Shown here: positions 8,839 through 17,920 of the stretch, piece by piece
Numbering within the stretch: the stretch's first letter is position 1
Layout: every line of letters begins with the position of its first letter
Origin: an uncultured Desulfobulbaceae bacterium
Lineage (GTDB): Bacteria; Desulfobacterota; Desulfobulbia; Desulfobulbales; BM004
DNA: 64,000 bases
Direction of reading: 5' to 3'
NCBI GenBank assembly: GCA_947259115.1
Contig: CAMYKS010000004.1
Location: forward strand, 2,810 to 66,809
Notes under the pieces: generated by a model
Told to the model about the DNA's origin: nothing
Seen by the model: the letters and a program-made list of their open reading frames with translations, nothing else
Databases searched by the model: none
Translations under genes and position numbers: made by a program

Positions 8839-9615
8839 TTATGGATAAAATACTTTCCCCTGCGGCTGCCATGGCTTTATAAATTGCCCTGAAGCTACTT
8901 GAAAGGCTTCAACCAGATCACCTAGTTTAGCCTTGTTAAAATTTCTGATTTTCAAGCCCACCTGTTGCCCTTTCGTTGCCTCCCTGACTCCATTTTTTTC
9001 AATATGCAGAGACTCGATCATCCCGCTATATATTGGACCCATGGCACCCACAACCCGGAAAGGGTGTCCCCGCTCCAGCTTGCCCTGCAAAACTTCACAA
9101 CCCAGAATTATACCCCTGCGACTGCTTTTAAAAAGAGCAATGACCCTGGCAGACCCGACAATGTCTTCTGAGAATTCCTGTGGCATAAAGCTTGTGGCTA
9201 TCGCCTCTAAATCTTCAAGCAGTTTGTAAATAATGTCATAGAGTCGAATCTCAATAGTATGTTCAGTGGCAGTCTGCTCAATATGGGGCATAAGTCCGAC
9301 ATTGAAACCGATAATGAGCCTGCTGCCGGTTTCCGCTATGAAGAGGTCTGATTTATTTACAGCGCCCACGCCTGAGCTGATAATATTAATTTCCACTTCA
9401 GGCAGAGCGCAGGAGCTGATGGCGGAAATGACCGCTTCGGCACAACCGGATGTATCGCACTTCAGGACAATCTCCAGTCTTTTCTTTGCATCTGGGTTTA
9501 CAGAGAGATGATTCTTTCTCTCTGCTGATGTCTCTGCGTGCCTGCTTTTCTTTTTTTTATAATGGTGAGCACTCTTTCTGCTGCCCATGCCAAAGCATCC
9601 TCCAGGCATAAACAT
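8839..9615 (-). CDS. stand-alone IF2 C-terminal-half (C1-C2 domain) paralogue without GTPase domain
   Basis: Collinear with the last ~230 aa of bacterial IF2: LEIVLKCDTSGCAEAV, IISSGVGAVNKSD, IIGFNV, IRLYDIIYKLLEDL, GSARVIALFKSSRRGIILGCEVLQGKLERGHPFRV, LGDLVEAFQV. The N-terminus is a basic tail (HHYKKKKSRH). Start may be M10 at 9588 (GGAGGA 9 nt upstream). Confidence 0.75.
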   Translation of the reverse strand: MFMPGGCFGMGSRKSAHHYKKKKSRHAETSAERKNHLSVNPDAKKRLEIVLKCDTSGCAEAVISAISSCALPEVEINIISSGVGAVNKSDLFIAETGSRLIIGFNVGLMPHIEQTATEHTIEIRLYDIIYKLLEDLEAIATSFMPQEFSEDIVGSARVIALFKSSRRGIILGCEVLQGKLERGHPFRVVGAMGPIYSGMIESLHIEKNGVREATKGQQVGLKIRNFNKAKLGDLVEAFQVASGQFIKPWQPQGKVFYP

Positions 9616-9748
9616 TCAAATAAAAAATGTTCATTGGTCAGTTAGAGCAATATCTCCACTTTATCAAGCGGAGTCAGCGCACCCTCACTTTTAATTCTCA
9701 GCCGCTGCTGTTGAGAGTTTAAAGTTGTATTTTTTGTTGGACCTACTT

Positions 9749-10120
9749 CTATGCTGCCTTTCTTGACATTTTCTTCAACCTGTTAATGCGACGGCGGATT
9801 ATCTCAAGTTTTTTCTTGTCCCCATCTTTGCGTAGCGCTTCCCTCTCGTCACGAAGCCGGATAATTTCCTGTTTCATTTCCCTGGGGGTCATTTCCTTCT
9901 TGGGGCCGGCAGTTTTTTTCTTTTTTGCTTTCTTGGCTGGAGTTTCATCCTTAATACCTCTGGCTTCCTTGATTGCTTCCAGCAACTCCTCCTTCTTCAT
10001 GCCGGTCACGCCGATTATGTCGGGAATTTCTCCCTTTGCAACTTCACGAAGTTCAACAACAGTCATCTTATCCAGGGATTTTTCGGCTGACTTTTCTGCA
10101 TTTTTTACATCTTCGGCCAT
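9749..10120 (-). CDS. Rho_N/SAP-like domain, lysine-rich protein
   Basis: LDKMTVVELREVAK..GVTGMKKEELLEAI (Rho termination factor N-terminal-type helix-extended-helix), then a KKAKKKK tract and a coiled coil. GGAGGAG lies upstream of the ATG at 10120. Confidence 0.65.
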   Translation of the reverse strand: MAEDVKNAEKSAEKSLDKMTVVELREVAKGEIPDIIGVTGMKKEELLEAIKEARGIKDETPAKKAKKKKTAGPKKEMTPREMKQEIIRLRDEREALRKDGDKKKLEIIRRRINRLKKMSRKAA

Positions 10121-10288
10121 TTGTTCTCCTCCAGTTCTGTTTTTAAAATTCCAGCACCAGTTCCTGCGCTTTAGCACATGCCTTTTCCATATAATGAGTC
10201 ATTTTTATTTATTCATAATAAGGCTTTATGCAAGGTAATTTTTTCAGTTAAATTGTAATTTTTAGTCCTAATCCTGTCTGCAACGCTG

Positions 10289-10699
10289 TTAACCGGCAAG
10301 CAGAATAATGGCTGCAACGGCAAAAAAAAGACCAATAACCTGTTTCATGACCAGGGTTTCATGTAAAAATACAAGGGCCAGCGCAATGGTTATCAGGGGA
10401 TAGAGGGCTGTGAGACTTACCACAATTGAAATCTGTCCCCTGCTGGCTGCCGCATAATAAAAAAATGTACCGAGCACACCGGTAATACCTGTTAAGAAAG
10501 CATACAAAACACCCATGGGATGGGTTTCAGGTTTGAAGTTAAGCATTGCAAGACCTACGATTCCCACAAGCATAGCGCCGAGCACCTGGTAAATTAAAGC
10601 GCTCTGGGGGCTGATAAATTTGACGGCCAGCTTTGGGAAGAAACCCCAGGCTCCAAATGTGACCATGGCTAATATTGTCCAGAAAAACCAGCTGTCCAT
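10289..10699 (-). CDS. EamA/DMT-superfamily small membrane protein (single EamA domain)
   Basis: 136 aa with 4-5 TM helices and an EamA-like pattern FGAWGFFPKLA..ALYPLITIALALVFLHE. Confidence 0.6.
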   Translation of the reverse strand: MDSWFFWTILAMVTFGAWGFFPKLAVKFISPQSALIYQVLGAMLVGIVGLAMLNFKPETHPMGVLYAFLTGITGVLGTFFYYAAASRGQISIVVSLTALYPLITIALALVFLHETLVMKQVIGLFFAVAAIILLAG

Positions 10700-10719
10700 A
10701 TTGGGCTCCTGTGCTTTGG

Positions 10720-11100
10720 TTACTTTTGAACCTCCCCGGCATTTCTAAGTCTTTGCCAAAGGGTCCAATAAACAGCAATATTCACCCCCAGAACTATCAG
10801 GCCGAGACCGAATTGCGTCTTCCGGGTTAGTTCTGCCGGATAAAGGATAGGTATTATATAATGCTCAACAAAGCCTGTTGCATATCCTGCATCGCCACCC
10901 AAGGCGCGTAACAGGTTTTCCAGAGGCGTCAGGGGACATATCCAGCCAAAAAACTCAATGCTTGCGGCCCAGACAACAGCTGGAATATGAAACCAGGCCA
11001 TTGCTGATCTCCAAAACACAAGAAATCCTCCCAGCAGAACAAACAAGACAAAGCCCAGATGCAGCAGAACAACAAGATCAGCGAGAAAATTGTAAACCAA
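10720..11100 (-). CDS. DUF2784-family membrane protein
   Basis: LADLVVLLHLGFVLFVLLGG..HIPAVVWAASIEFFGWICPLTPLENLLR..FVEHYIIPILYP matches my recollection of the DUF2784 signature (CPLT.lE). Confidence 0.6.
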   Translation of the reverse strand: MVYNFLADLVVLLHLGFVLFVLLGGFLVFWRSAMAWFHIPAVVWAASIEFFGWICPLTPLENLLRALGGDAGYATGFVEHYIIPILYPAELTRKTQFGLGLIVLGVNIAVYWTLWQRLRNAGEVQK

Positions 11101-11160
11101 CCTTTACCTCATAGAAGGACTTATTATACAAATATTTTTCCCTCTTATATAAAAAAACGT

Positions 11161-11952
11161 TTAGCCAAAAAGAGTTCCGGCTAACAGTTTCTGCCGAATA
11201 ACTTCCTTGAGAACCATATTTTTCTTTTTAAAACCCTCACGTCCATACTGCATATTCGCTTCAATCAGGTACCACTTTCCATGACTCTGCAAAAGATCAA
11301 GACCAACATCATTAAAATTGCATTTTCTGGAAAATTCCTTGGCCAATTCGATAACATCCCGGGGTATGTTGTCGAAATCAATCATTCCGCCCTGGTACAG
11401 ATTTGTTCTGAAATCTCCATGGGGTAGTTTACGCCAATAAGCCAGAACCGGTTCATAGTTGATCAGGACCACCCGCAAATCCTTTTCATGGGGAATAAAT
11501 TCCTGGATATAGGCGAATTTCGTCTTTTCCAGATACTCCCCCAGTTCAGCTGATTCAGTAATTTTAAACACCCCTCTCCCCCGGGATGATCTCCTGGGAA
11601 TCTTTGCAATGAATGGAAAGGGGAATTCATTTTCGATGCTGCTGAATTCTCTTTTCAGGTAGATTTTTGTTTTGGGATGCGGAATGGAAAGCATGGTAAA
11701 AAGGGTGGTCTGCTTCATTTTTTGGCCAGCATACAGGTAGGTCTCTACGCTGGGAAAAATCTTCTTACCCATTGTGGTAAGATACTGGGCATAATTCAGG
11801 CTTGGATACAGGACACACTCGGCGCCCAGTATTTTCTGTCTTTCCGCCTGAGTATAGTCATGAAAATTAGGTTTTACCCCGAGGGTGAGAACCTCCGGCA
11901 CGCCAACCAGTCTACTGCCTAAAGCAATATATTTAGGGTGAACCTGCTCCAT
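11161..11952 (-). CDS. ATP-grasp enzyme (RimK-like ligase family)
   Basis: FPFIAKIPRRSSRGRGVF, YIQEFIPHEKDLRVVLI, DFRTNLYQGG, VGLDLL..YLIEANMQYG. Confidence 0.7.
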   Translation of the reverse strand: MEQVHPKYIALGSRLVGVPEVLTLGVKPNFHDYTQAERQKILGAECVLYPSLNYAQYLTTMGKKIFPSVETYLYAGQKMKQTTLFTMLSIPHPKTKIYLKREFSSIENEFPFPFIAKIPRRSSRGRGVFKITESAELGEYLEKTKFAYIQEFIPHEKDLRVVLINYEPVLAYWRKLPHGDFRTNLYQGGMIDFDNIPRDVIELAKEFSRKCNFNDVGLDLLQSHGKWYLIEANMQYGREGFKKKNMVLKEVIRQKLLAGTLFG

Positions 11953-11965
11953 ATGACATCAATAT

Positions 11966-12505
11966 TTATTGGCGACAGTTAACCGGCTTATGATCCTCAG
12001 GGATCGGTTTAAGACGGCCTGCAGTCATAATTTCCTCCAGACCCCGATCAAGTCCCTCAACAAACTTATCTTCCCGAAATAATGGAAACATTACTTCTTT
12101 GAGTATTGTATCCGCTGTCCCATTTTGAATAAACCATTCAAAGGCGGAACCTGTCTCAATACGCACTGACCCCTCCTCCATGGCAACACTGACCAGGAAG
12201 CCATTGCCAAAGCCCGGTTGCCCGATTTCCCAGGCTGCGGCTGTTCTTTGAGAAAACTCCTCTATATTTTCACCAGCAAGTGATGGAATGATAATCACGA
12301 AAATTTGGTGGCAGGTTTCCTTTTCATACGCTTCCAGAGCAGCGGAAATTCGCACTTTTTCTTCCGGTTGCAGTTTATCTGCATAATCACTCACCCATCC
12401 CTGTCGCATCAAAACCGTTGGAGAGTCCTCCGTTTGCGAACATGCGTAAAGGAAAATCAATAAAACTCCCAGAAAAAATAATGGTACAGGACTGTAATAT
12501 TTCAT
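11966..12505 (-). CDS. TPM-domain (TLP18.3/Psb32/MOLO-1-type) lipoprotein
   Basis: Signal peptide MKYYSPVPLFFLGVLLIFLYAC, then TPM pattern VSDYADKLQPEE..QIFVIIIPSL..EEFSQRTAAAWEIGQPGFGNGFLV. An alternative ATG lies at 12520. Confidence 0.7.
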   Translation of the reverse strand: MKYYSPVPLFFLGVLLIFLYACSQTEDSPTVLMRQGWVSDYADKLQPEEKVRISAALEAYEKETCHQIFVIIIPSLAGENIEEFSQRTAAAWEIGQPGFGNGFLVSVAMEEGSVRIETGSAFEWFIQNGTADTILKEVMFPLFREDKFVEGLDRGLEEIMTAGRLKPIPEDHKPVNCRQ

Positions 12506-12524
12506 CGCTTTTTCCGACATACTG

Positions 12525-12878
12525 CTAGAGTGTAATAATTTCATAACCCTGCTCAATATATGGTGCCATGCCGGCATGGCCTGCCATGTCTTCTGCAATC
12601 CTGAAGCCTTCTGCTTCGGCCGCTGCAAGTGCTCCCATCTTTATGGCACAGGCAAGGCAGACTGCATCGATGAGGGCAAGCTTTTTTACCTTCTCGAAGA
12701 GCGCATGCAGGGGATGCTCCGATTTGCTGAGCTCAATGATGAGCCCTGTGGCCTCCCCTTCCAGGATAATTTTTACCTCGCCTTCCTTTTCATGCAAATC
12801 AATGGCATTAAGAAGCACGTGGGCAAAGCAGATGGGGTTGCCCTTGAAGGCAAAAATAGCGGTCTTGTTAACTTTCAT
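12525..12878 (-). CDS. DsrE/DsrF-like family protein
   Basis: 117 aa with a KTAIFAFKG N-terminal strand, GEVKIILEGEATGL and CLACA active-site-like Cys region typical of the DsrE fold. Confidence 0.5.
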   Translation of the reverse strand: MKVNKTAIFAFKGNPICFAHVLLNAIDLHEKEGEVKIILEGEATGLIIELSKSEHPLHALFEKVKKLALIDAVCLACAIKMGALAAAEAEGFRIAEDMAGHAGMAPYIEQGYEIITL

Positions 12879-12929
12879 GACGGTCCTTTTAATATTTTTT
12901 TACCGAATGCAGTGTAACCGATAAAATTA

Positions 12930-13784
12930 TCATAGTACGCCCCTGTAAAAGGCGAGTTTTCTGGAGTAAGGCTTGAATACCTTTAAAATGCGTTCTTTTT
13001 CCTCAGTGGAGATTGGTTTGGCACTGCTTCCCGCTCTGGCAAGTGTCTGAACTTCATCCGCTGCAGAACAGCCGACAATTCCAACTGTAATGCCCCACGA
13101 CAGGGCATAGCGAATCAGGAGGTCCGCTGAAATGTTAAACTTCGGCAGAATATAGTGGGAGGCCCCCAATATCTTCATGCCGATTACTGCAATTTTTTTA
13201 CGCTGCGCTTCGTGCAGGGTTGTTGTGAGAAACCCTCCCAACAGTTCCTCCACAGGGTTAACCGGCAGCATAACCGAATCAACCGGCCATTCGGCGACCG
13301 CCCTGGCTAGAATATCAGGGTCATGGTGTCCTGTTACACCAATGTTCCGGACCTTCCCTGACTTCTTCGCCTCAACAAAGGCTTCCAAGGCACCATTGGG
13401 ACCGCTGATAACAGCAAAGTCATTTTGCGTCCGCAAGTCATGTATCTGCCACAGGTCAAGATAATCGGTATGCAAACGGGTCAGGGTTTTCTCCAGTTCA
13501 GAAAGCGCGCCTCTTTTATCACGTTTTCCAGACTTGCTGGCCTGGAATACCTTCTGTCTGGCAACTGGGTTTTCCTTCCAGATGGAGCCGAGATAGAGTT
13601 CGCTGTCCTGGTAAGCAGGTGCAGAATCAAAATAGGTTATGCCCTGGGAAAGCGACTCGTGGAGAACTTTTCGGGCATGGGGAGAGCGACCTGTAGTCCT
13701 AAGTATACCTTCACCTCCCAGGCCGACCGCAGTGATCTGGGGACCGCCGGGTGTAAAACTTTTTTTCGGAATGGTTTCAGCCAT
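12930..13784 (-). CDS. aldo/keto reductase
   Basis: GLGGEG..SQGITYFDSAPAYQDSELYLG, DYLDLWQIHD, NIGVTGHH. Confidence 0.8.
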   Translation of the reverse strand: MAETIPKKSFTPGGPQITAVGLGGEGILRTTGRSPHARKVLHESLSQGITYFDSAPAYQDSELYLGSIWKENPVARQKVFQASKSGKRDKRGALSELEKTLTRLHTDYLDLWQIHDLRTQNDFAVISGPNGALEAFVEAKKSGKVRNIGVTGHHDPDILARAVAEWPVDSVMLPVNPVEELLGGFLTTTLHEAQRKKIAVIGMKILGASHYILPKFNISADLLIRYALSWGITVGIVGCSAADEVQTLARAGSSAKPISTEEKERILKVFKPYSRKLAFYRGVL

Positions 13785-13804
13785 AATAACACTTAGGCAG
13801 TCGC

Positions 13805-14266
13805 CTAATCATATCGTGGAAAAATTGCCCAGCGTATATACCAAGAGCCGGAAAAATCATCGGTATCCAGGCAGATTATGCAGCTGTTCTGAAACTTGAT
13901 GACCGGTTTTTCCAGGGATCCGCTAACCTGGTGAGAAACAAGTTTTTCCATAAAAGGAAGATGCCCCACCACCATTATATCCTCATTACCGTTCAATGAA
14001 GAAGCAAAGCTGGCAACATCATCCATTGGGGCAAGGCCCGTTTCTTTGCTAATTCCAGCTTCCGGTTCCAGGGCTTTCATGAAAATCTCAGCAGTCTGCA
14101 GGGCTCTTTTCTTGCCGCTGTGAATGATACGCATGGGCTGGACATTGTTTTCTGCAGCCATTGCTGCCATTGCTTGAGTTTCTGCCAACCCCTCCCTGGA
14201 AAGTCCCTGATTGGGGTCCTTTTCTTTTGGTAAACTCTTGCCGTGCTGAACTAAAAACAGTGCCAT
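13805..14266 (-). CDS. sixA: phosphohistidine phosphatase SixA-type (histidine phosphatase superfamily)
   Basis: LFLVQHGKS (RHG-type motif with Q), LSREG, HSGKKRALQTAEI, VVGHLPFM, at ~150 aa. Confidence 0.7.
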   Translation of the reverse strand: MALFLVQHGKSLPKEKDPNQGLSREGLAETQAMAAMAAENNVQPMRIIHSGKKRALQTAEIFMKALEPEAGISKETGLAPMDDVASFASSLNGNEDIMVVGHLPFMEKLVSHQVSGSLEKPVIKFQNSCIICLDTDDFSGSWYIRWAIFPRYD

Positions 14267-14276
14267 AACATCACCC

Positions 14277-14444
14277 TTAATTCTCTTTTTTCTTCACAAG
14301 AACCCAAAGAGCATGGATCATTCCCGGGATAACTCCCAGAATGGTAAGCAGGATGTTGATCCAGAAATGCATCCCCAGTCCGACTGTCAGAAACACTGCC
14401 AGTGGCGGCAGCAGAATTGCAAGCACTATACGCAGAATATCCAT
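14277..14444 (-). CDS. YqaE/Pmp3 (UPF0057) small membrane protein
   Basis: MDILRIVLAILLPPLAVFL..INILLTILGVIPGMIHALWV. The ATG at 14444 lies 7 nt after the stop of the upstream gene. Confidence 0.75.
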   Translation of the reverse strand: MDILRIVLAILLPPLAVFLTVGLGMHFWINILLTILGVIPGMIHALWVLVKKKEN

Positions 14445-14451
14445 GGTGCCC

Positions 14452-15108
14452 CTACTCTTCAAGCATTGTTTGTATAAAAGAATTTGCTTCGGTAATGGAT
14501 TTTTCCATCTCTCTCACCAGGTCGGCTATATCCGATTCAACGTTGACCAGTTCACCCTGCAGCGAGGCAATGGCCTTGGCATTGAGGTTGTGTTTCAGGT
14601 ACAGTACCTGATCCCCCAGGGCTGTAAGCACCGGTTCTATTTTCTTTTCCGCCTTGTTCATGGCTGTGATAAGCTGCTTATACTGGCGCCTGGTTGCTGT
14701 TAATTTCTTTTCACTGTCACGGCGCAGAGATGCGCTGGAGTATTGATCGAGTTCGTTCTCCCACTCATCAAACAACGCCTCTGATACATCTTCAACCGCA
14801 TCAATCCTGTCCCTTACCTCATTGGCCTTAGCCTCGCTCTCATCATATTCAGCCTTGAGTATCTTATATTTATCTTCCAGATCGCCTCCCTTAAAACCTA
14901 GAACCGAACTGAATTGCTCCAGGGCGGACTGGAACTGTTCCTTGGCCTCCTCCTGGCTGTCACGCGCCTCCTCAACACGATCCACCATGATATCACGCTT
15001 ATGGACGCCGAACTTCTCCATGGTGTTGTAGTAAGTTTTCTGGCAGCCACCAGCAAAAAAAATGACAAAAAGTATAGGTAAAAAAGTATATAATACTTTG
15101 CTTTTCAT
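14452..15108 (-). CDS. DUF2959-family lipoprotein
   Basis: Lipobox FFAGGC, then YYNTMEKFGVHKRDIMVDRVEEARDSQEEAKEQFQSALEQF, followed by a long coiled coil. Confidence 0.65.
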   Translation of the reverse strand: MKSKVLYTFLPILFVIFFAGGCQKTYYNTMEKFGVHKRDIMVDRVEEARDSQEEAKEQFQSALEQFSSVLGFKGGDLEDKYKILKAEYDESEAKANEVRDRIDAVEDVSEALFDEWENELDQYSSASLRRDSEKKLTATRRQYKQLITAMNKAEKKIEPVLTALGDQVLYLKHNLNAKAIASLQGELVNVESDIADLVREMEKSITEANSFIQTMLEE

Positions 15109-15135
15109 GTGTTTCTCCTTTTTTCCAGCTTCAGC

Positions 15136-15372
15136 TTAAAGCCTTGGATCAACATTTCCCGGTCCGCCGCATTCCGGGGTGTAACAGGTAACATTCTTGA
15201 ACTCGCACTTTTCCTTGCAGCTCGGACAGGTATCAGGCCCGACCGGGGCGGTGACTAAAAATCCACAATTGCCGCACTTCCAATAGGTCAGTCCACAGCC
15301 CGGGCACAGCGCCCCACTGAAATCACCGGGTAAAGCTTGTCTGCAATTGGCACATGACTTTGCATCACTCAT
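15136..15372 (-). CDS. Cys-rich zinc-ribbon/rubredoxin-like protein
   Basis: CANC..CPGC..CGNC..CPSC..C..C pattern. GGAGGA lies 7 nt upstream of the ATG at 15372; the ORF-track start is 15387. Confidence 0.55.
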   Translation of the reverse strand: MSDAKSCANCRQALPGDFSGALCPGCGLTYWKCGNCGFLVTAPVGPDTCPSCKEKCEFKNVTCYTPECGGPGNVDPRL

Positions 15373-15635
15373 TGTACAATCCTCCATAATCAGGTTATCA
15401 AATTAATATTCCCCTTGTTTTGCCACTGAAAAAATTAGTTCAAATTGAATAATATCAACTTACCCCCATGCAAGACATGGGGGCAACAAAAATAATTATT
15501 GATCTCTTAGATACTTTATAAAGATAATGCCGGAGCAATTGGAAGGACTGTCGGTGAAAAAGTTAGTCAAGACAGCTGCAGATGCACGGAGCAGGGGTTT
15601 TGGCTCTATAAATATATGCCAAATTCCCCGCGACA

Positions 15636-15735
15636 GGTAAGCGACCAACGGAAGACTCCGGGTAAGCGACCAACGGAAGACTCCGGGTAAGCGACCAACG
15701 GGAGACTCCAGGTAAGCGACCAACGGGAGACTCCG
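15636..15735. repeat. 4 x 25-bp perfect-period tandem repeat (GGTAAGCGACCAACGGRAGACTCCR)
   Basis: Units start at 15636, 15661, 15686 and 15711, and differ at only 1-2 positions. Two degenerate inverted units occur at 37377-37426. Confidence 0.9.
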
Positions 15736-15772
15736 CAGCAGGTGTTGCTGTATCAGCTTGTGTGTAGGATTA

Positions 15773-17077
15773 TTAATAAAGAAGGTTGACCAGAAAAAGA
15801 CTGATCCACGGGATATAGGTAACCAGGATCAAGGCTGCAATCATCACCGCCATCCAGGGCAGGGATGCCTTGGTGACCTCCTCAAGGCTCAAACCGCTCA
15901 AACCCGAGGCGACATAGAGATTCAGTCCCACCGGTGGAGTTATCATCCCAACCTCCATATTCAGGGTCATGACGATACCAAGGTGGATAGGATCAATTTT
16001 GAGCGCCATGGCAATGGGGAAAAAAATGGGTGCCAGGATCAGAATGATGGAAGAAGGCTCCATGAAGTCACCAGCAAACCAGAGAATCACGTTAACCATG
16101 AGCAGAAACATCCACCAGGACATTTCCCGTGCCACAAGCCATTCAGCTATATTCTGTGGAATCCTTTCCATGGTCAGGACATGAGCAAAGATCATGGCAC
16201 AGGCAATAATGAAAAGTAGCATGGCGGTCATCTTGGCTGATTCCAGCAGCACATGCGGAACTTCTTTGAAACCCATGTCACGGTAGACAAAAAGCGCAAT
16301 AATCGCCGAGTATACCGCCGCTACGGCTGCCGCCTCCGTCGGTGTAAAGATGCCGCCGTAAATACCGCCGATGATCATGACGATGAGCAGCAAACCCCAG
16401 AAGGCGCCTAAAAAAGACTTCCAGACCTCCTGCAAGGTCGGCTTCTGCTGCCGCGGCATACCTTTTTTAACCGCGGTTATCCAGGTGACAAACAGGAGCA
16501 TACCGCCCAACATCAAGCCGGGCACAATGCCGGCGATGAACATTTTTCCTACCGACTGCTCAGTGGCAACCGCATAGACTATCATGACAATGGATGGCGG
16601 GATCAAAATACCCAGGCTGCCGGCCGTGGCGATTGAACCCACGGCAAAAGGCTTCGAGTAATTGGCCTCAAGCATGCCGGGAATCATGATGGAACCGATT
16701 GCCACAACCGTGGCCGGGCTAGAGCCTGAGACTGCAGCAAAAAGAATACAGGCCATGATACCGGCCATGGCCAGTCCACCGGCCATCCAGCCCACCAGAG
16801 CATTGGCAAACCGTACAATGCGCCGGGCCACACCGCCGGTTGACAGAAAATTGGAACTGAGAATGAAAAACGGAATGGCCATGAGCGTGAAATGCTCCAT
16901 GGTGGCTGAAAACTTGTTCGGCAGGATGCCGGAAAGCACATTGGTGGTAGTGGTCCACTCGGGGATATGGAAAAAGAGCAGCAGATAAATGCCGGCCGAA
17001 AGACCCAGACAGATGGCAATGGGTACGCCGATGAGAAGAAGGATTGCGAGGACAATAAATATGACTGTTGCTTCCAT
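15773..17077 (-). CDS. dctM: TRAP transporter large permease
   Basis: 434-aa polytopic protein with a DctM-type layout, adjacent to the small permease and the DctP-type binding protein. Confidence 0.9.
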   Translation of the reverse strand: MEATVIFIVLAILLLIGVPIAICLGLSAGIYLLLFFHIPEWTTTTNVLSGILPNKFSATMEHFTLMAIPFFILSSNFLSTGGVARRIVRFANALVGWMAGGLAMAGIMACILFAAVSGSSPATVVAIGSIMIPGMLEANYSKPFAVGSIATAGSLGILIPPSIVMIVYAVATEQSVGKMFIAGIVPGLMLGGMLLFVTWITAVKKGMPRQQKPTLQEVWKSFLGAFWGLLLIVMIIGGIYGGIFTPTEAAAVAAVYSAIIALFVYRDMGFKEVPHVLLESAKMTAMLLFIIACAMIFAHVLTMERIPQNIAEWLVAREMSWWMFLLMVNVILWFAGDFMEPSSIILILAPIFFPIAMALKIDPIHLGIVMTLNMEVGMITPPVGLNLYVASGLSGLSLEEVTKASLPWMAVMIAALILVTYIPWISLFLVNLLY

Positions 17078-17087
17078 GAAAGGCCCC

Positions 17088-17678
17088 CTAATCCTTAATC
17101 TTTTCTAAGTGTTCTTCTTCCGTGGTTGGATGGCCGGGGGGATATATATCCGGAATTTCCTCAATCTCATCACTGTCAAGCTCACCGCTTGTGGAGACAT
17201 TGATCATGCGGCCTGTATAAACCCAGAAGAAGACCTGTATCAGCCGGATTGATATCAGGGTAAACCCTAAGGGCAGGGCAAGATGCGGTATCCACTGGGG
17301 AATTTCCAGGTCCACTGTCATGAGTTCCATCTTGTAGGCATCGTGGACATAAAAGAAAGACAGGTAGGCCATGTAAACGGTAAAAAACAGGGAAATCACT
17401 ACTGCGACCAGCGCCATTATCCGCCGCTGCGTTTCCGGCAGTTTCTTCATCAGCACGTCCACCCCGAGATGGACACCGTGCTTGAAACCGTAGGAGGCGC
17501 CGATCATCACCGTCCACAGAAAAAAATGCTGCACAAGTTCCGGGGCCCATGTAATCCCTGCATTGAAGACATACCGTGCCACCACCTGGGCAAATACCAG
17601 GAGTGTAGCAACGCCGAGCAATACTGAGATCAGTATTTCTTCTAAGCGGTCAATAATGGTTGCTTTCGCTTTTTCCAT
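17088..17678 (-). CDS. dctQ: TRAP transporter small permease with acidic C-terminal extension
   Basis: 4 TM helices, DctQ size and position between dctP and dctM. The C-terminal ~40 aa (SGELDSDEIEEIPDIYPPGHPTTEEEHLEKIKD) is an unusual hydrophilic tail. Confidence 0.8.
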   Translation of the reverse strand: MEKAKATIIDRLEEILISVLLGVATLLVFAQVVARYVFNAGITWAPELVQHFFLWTVMIGASYGFKHGVHLGVDVLMKKLPETQRRIMALVAVVISLFFTVYMAYLSFFYVHDAYKMELMTVDLEIPQWIPHLALPLGFTLISIRLIQVFFWVYTGRMINVSTSGELDSDEIEEIPDIYPPGHPTTEEEHLEKIKD

Positions 17679-17920
17679 GGTCTTAGGGATTTTAAATGAT
17701 CACAGAAGAGCCACCCATTCCTGCAAAAAGCTCTTAATTTTTTCATAACTCTCTTTTAATGCTATAAATTTATATGTCTGTCAACCACCGAATTTCGCTT
17801 TGACCTGCAAAGTTTGTACGGTTAGGGGATTGCGGCTTCCTGAAGTTCGCCATCTCCAGTCAGCTCTATATTGGCCAAACAAATAAACGACGGCTGACAG
17901 ACAGGGTTCAATTATGGATT

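Noticed and set aside
15636-15735. Possible CRISPR array (regular short repeats), also considered for 40267-40676.
   Set aside because: The units are directly abutting with no unique spacers, and no cas genes are in the window. They are tandem repeats, not CRISPR.
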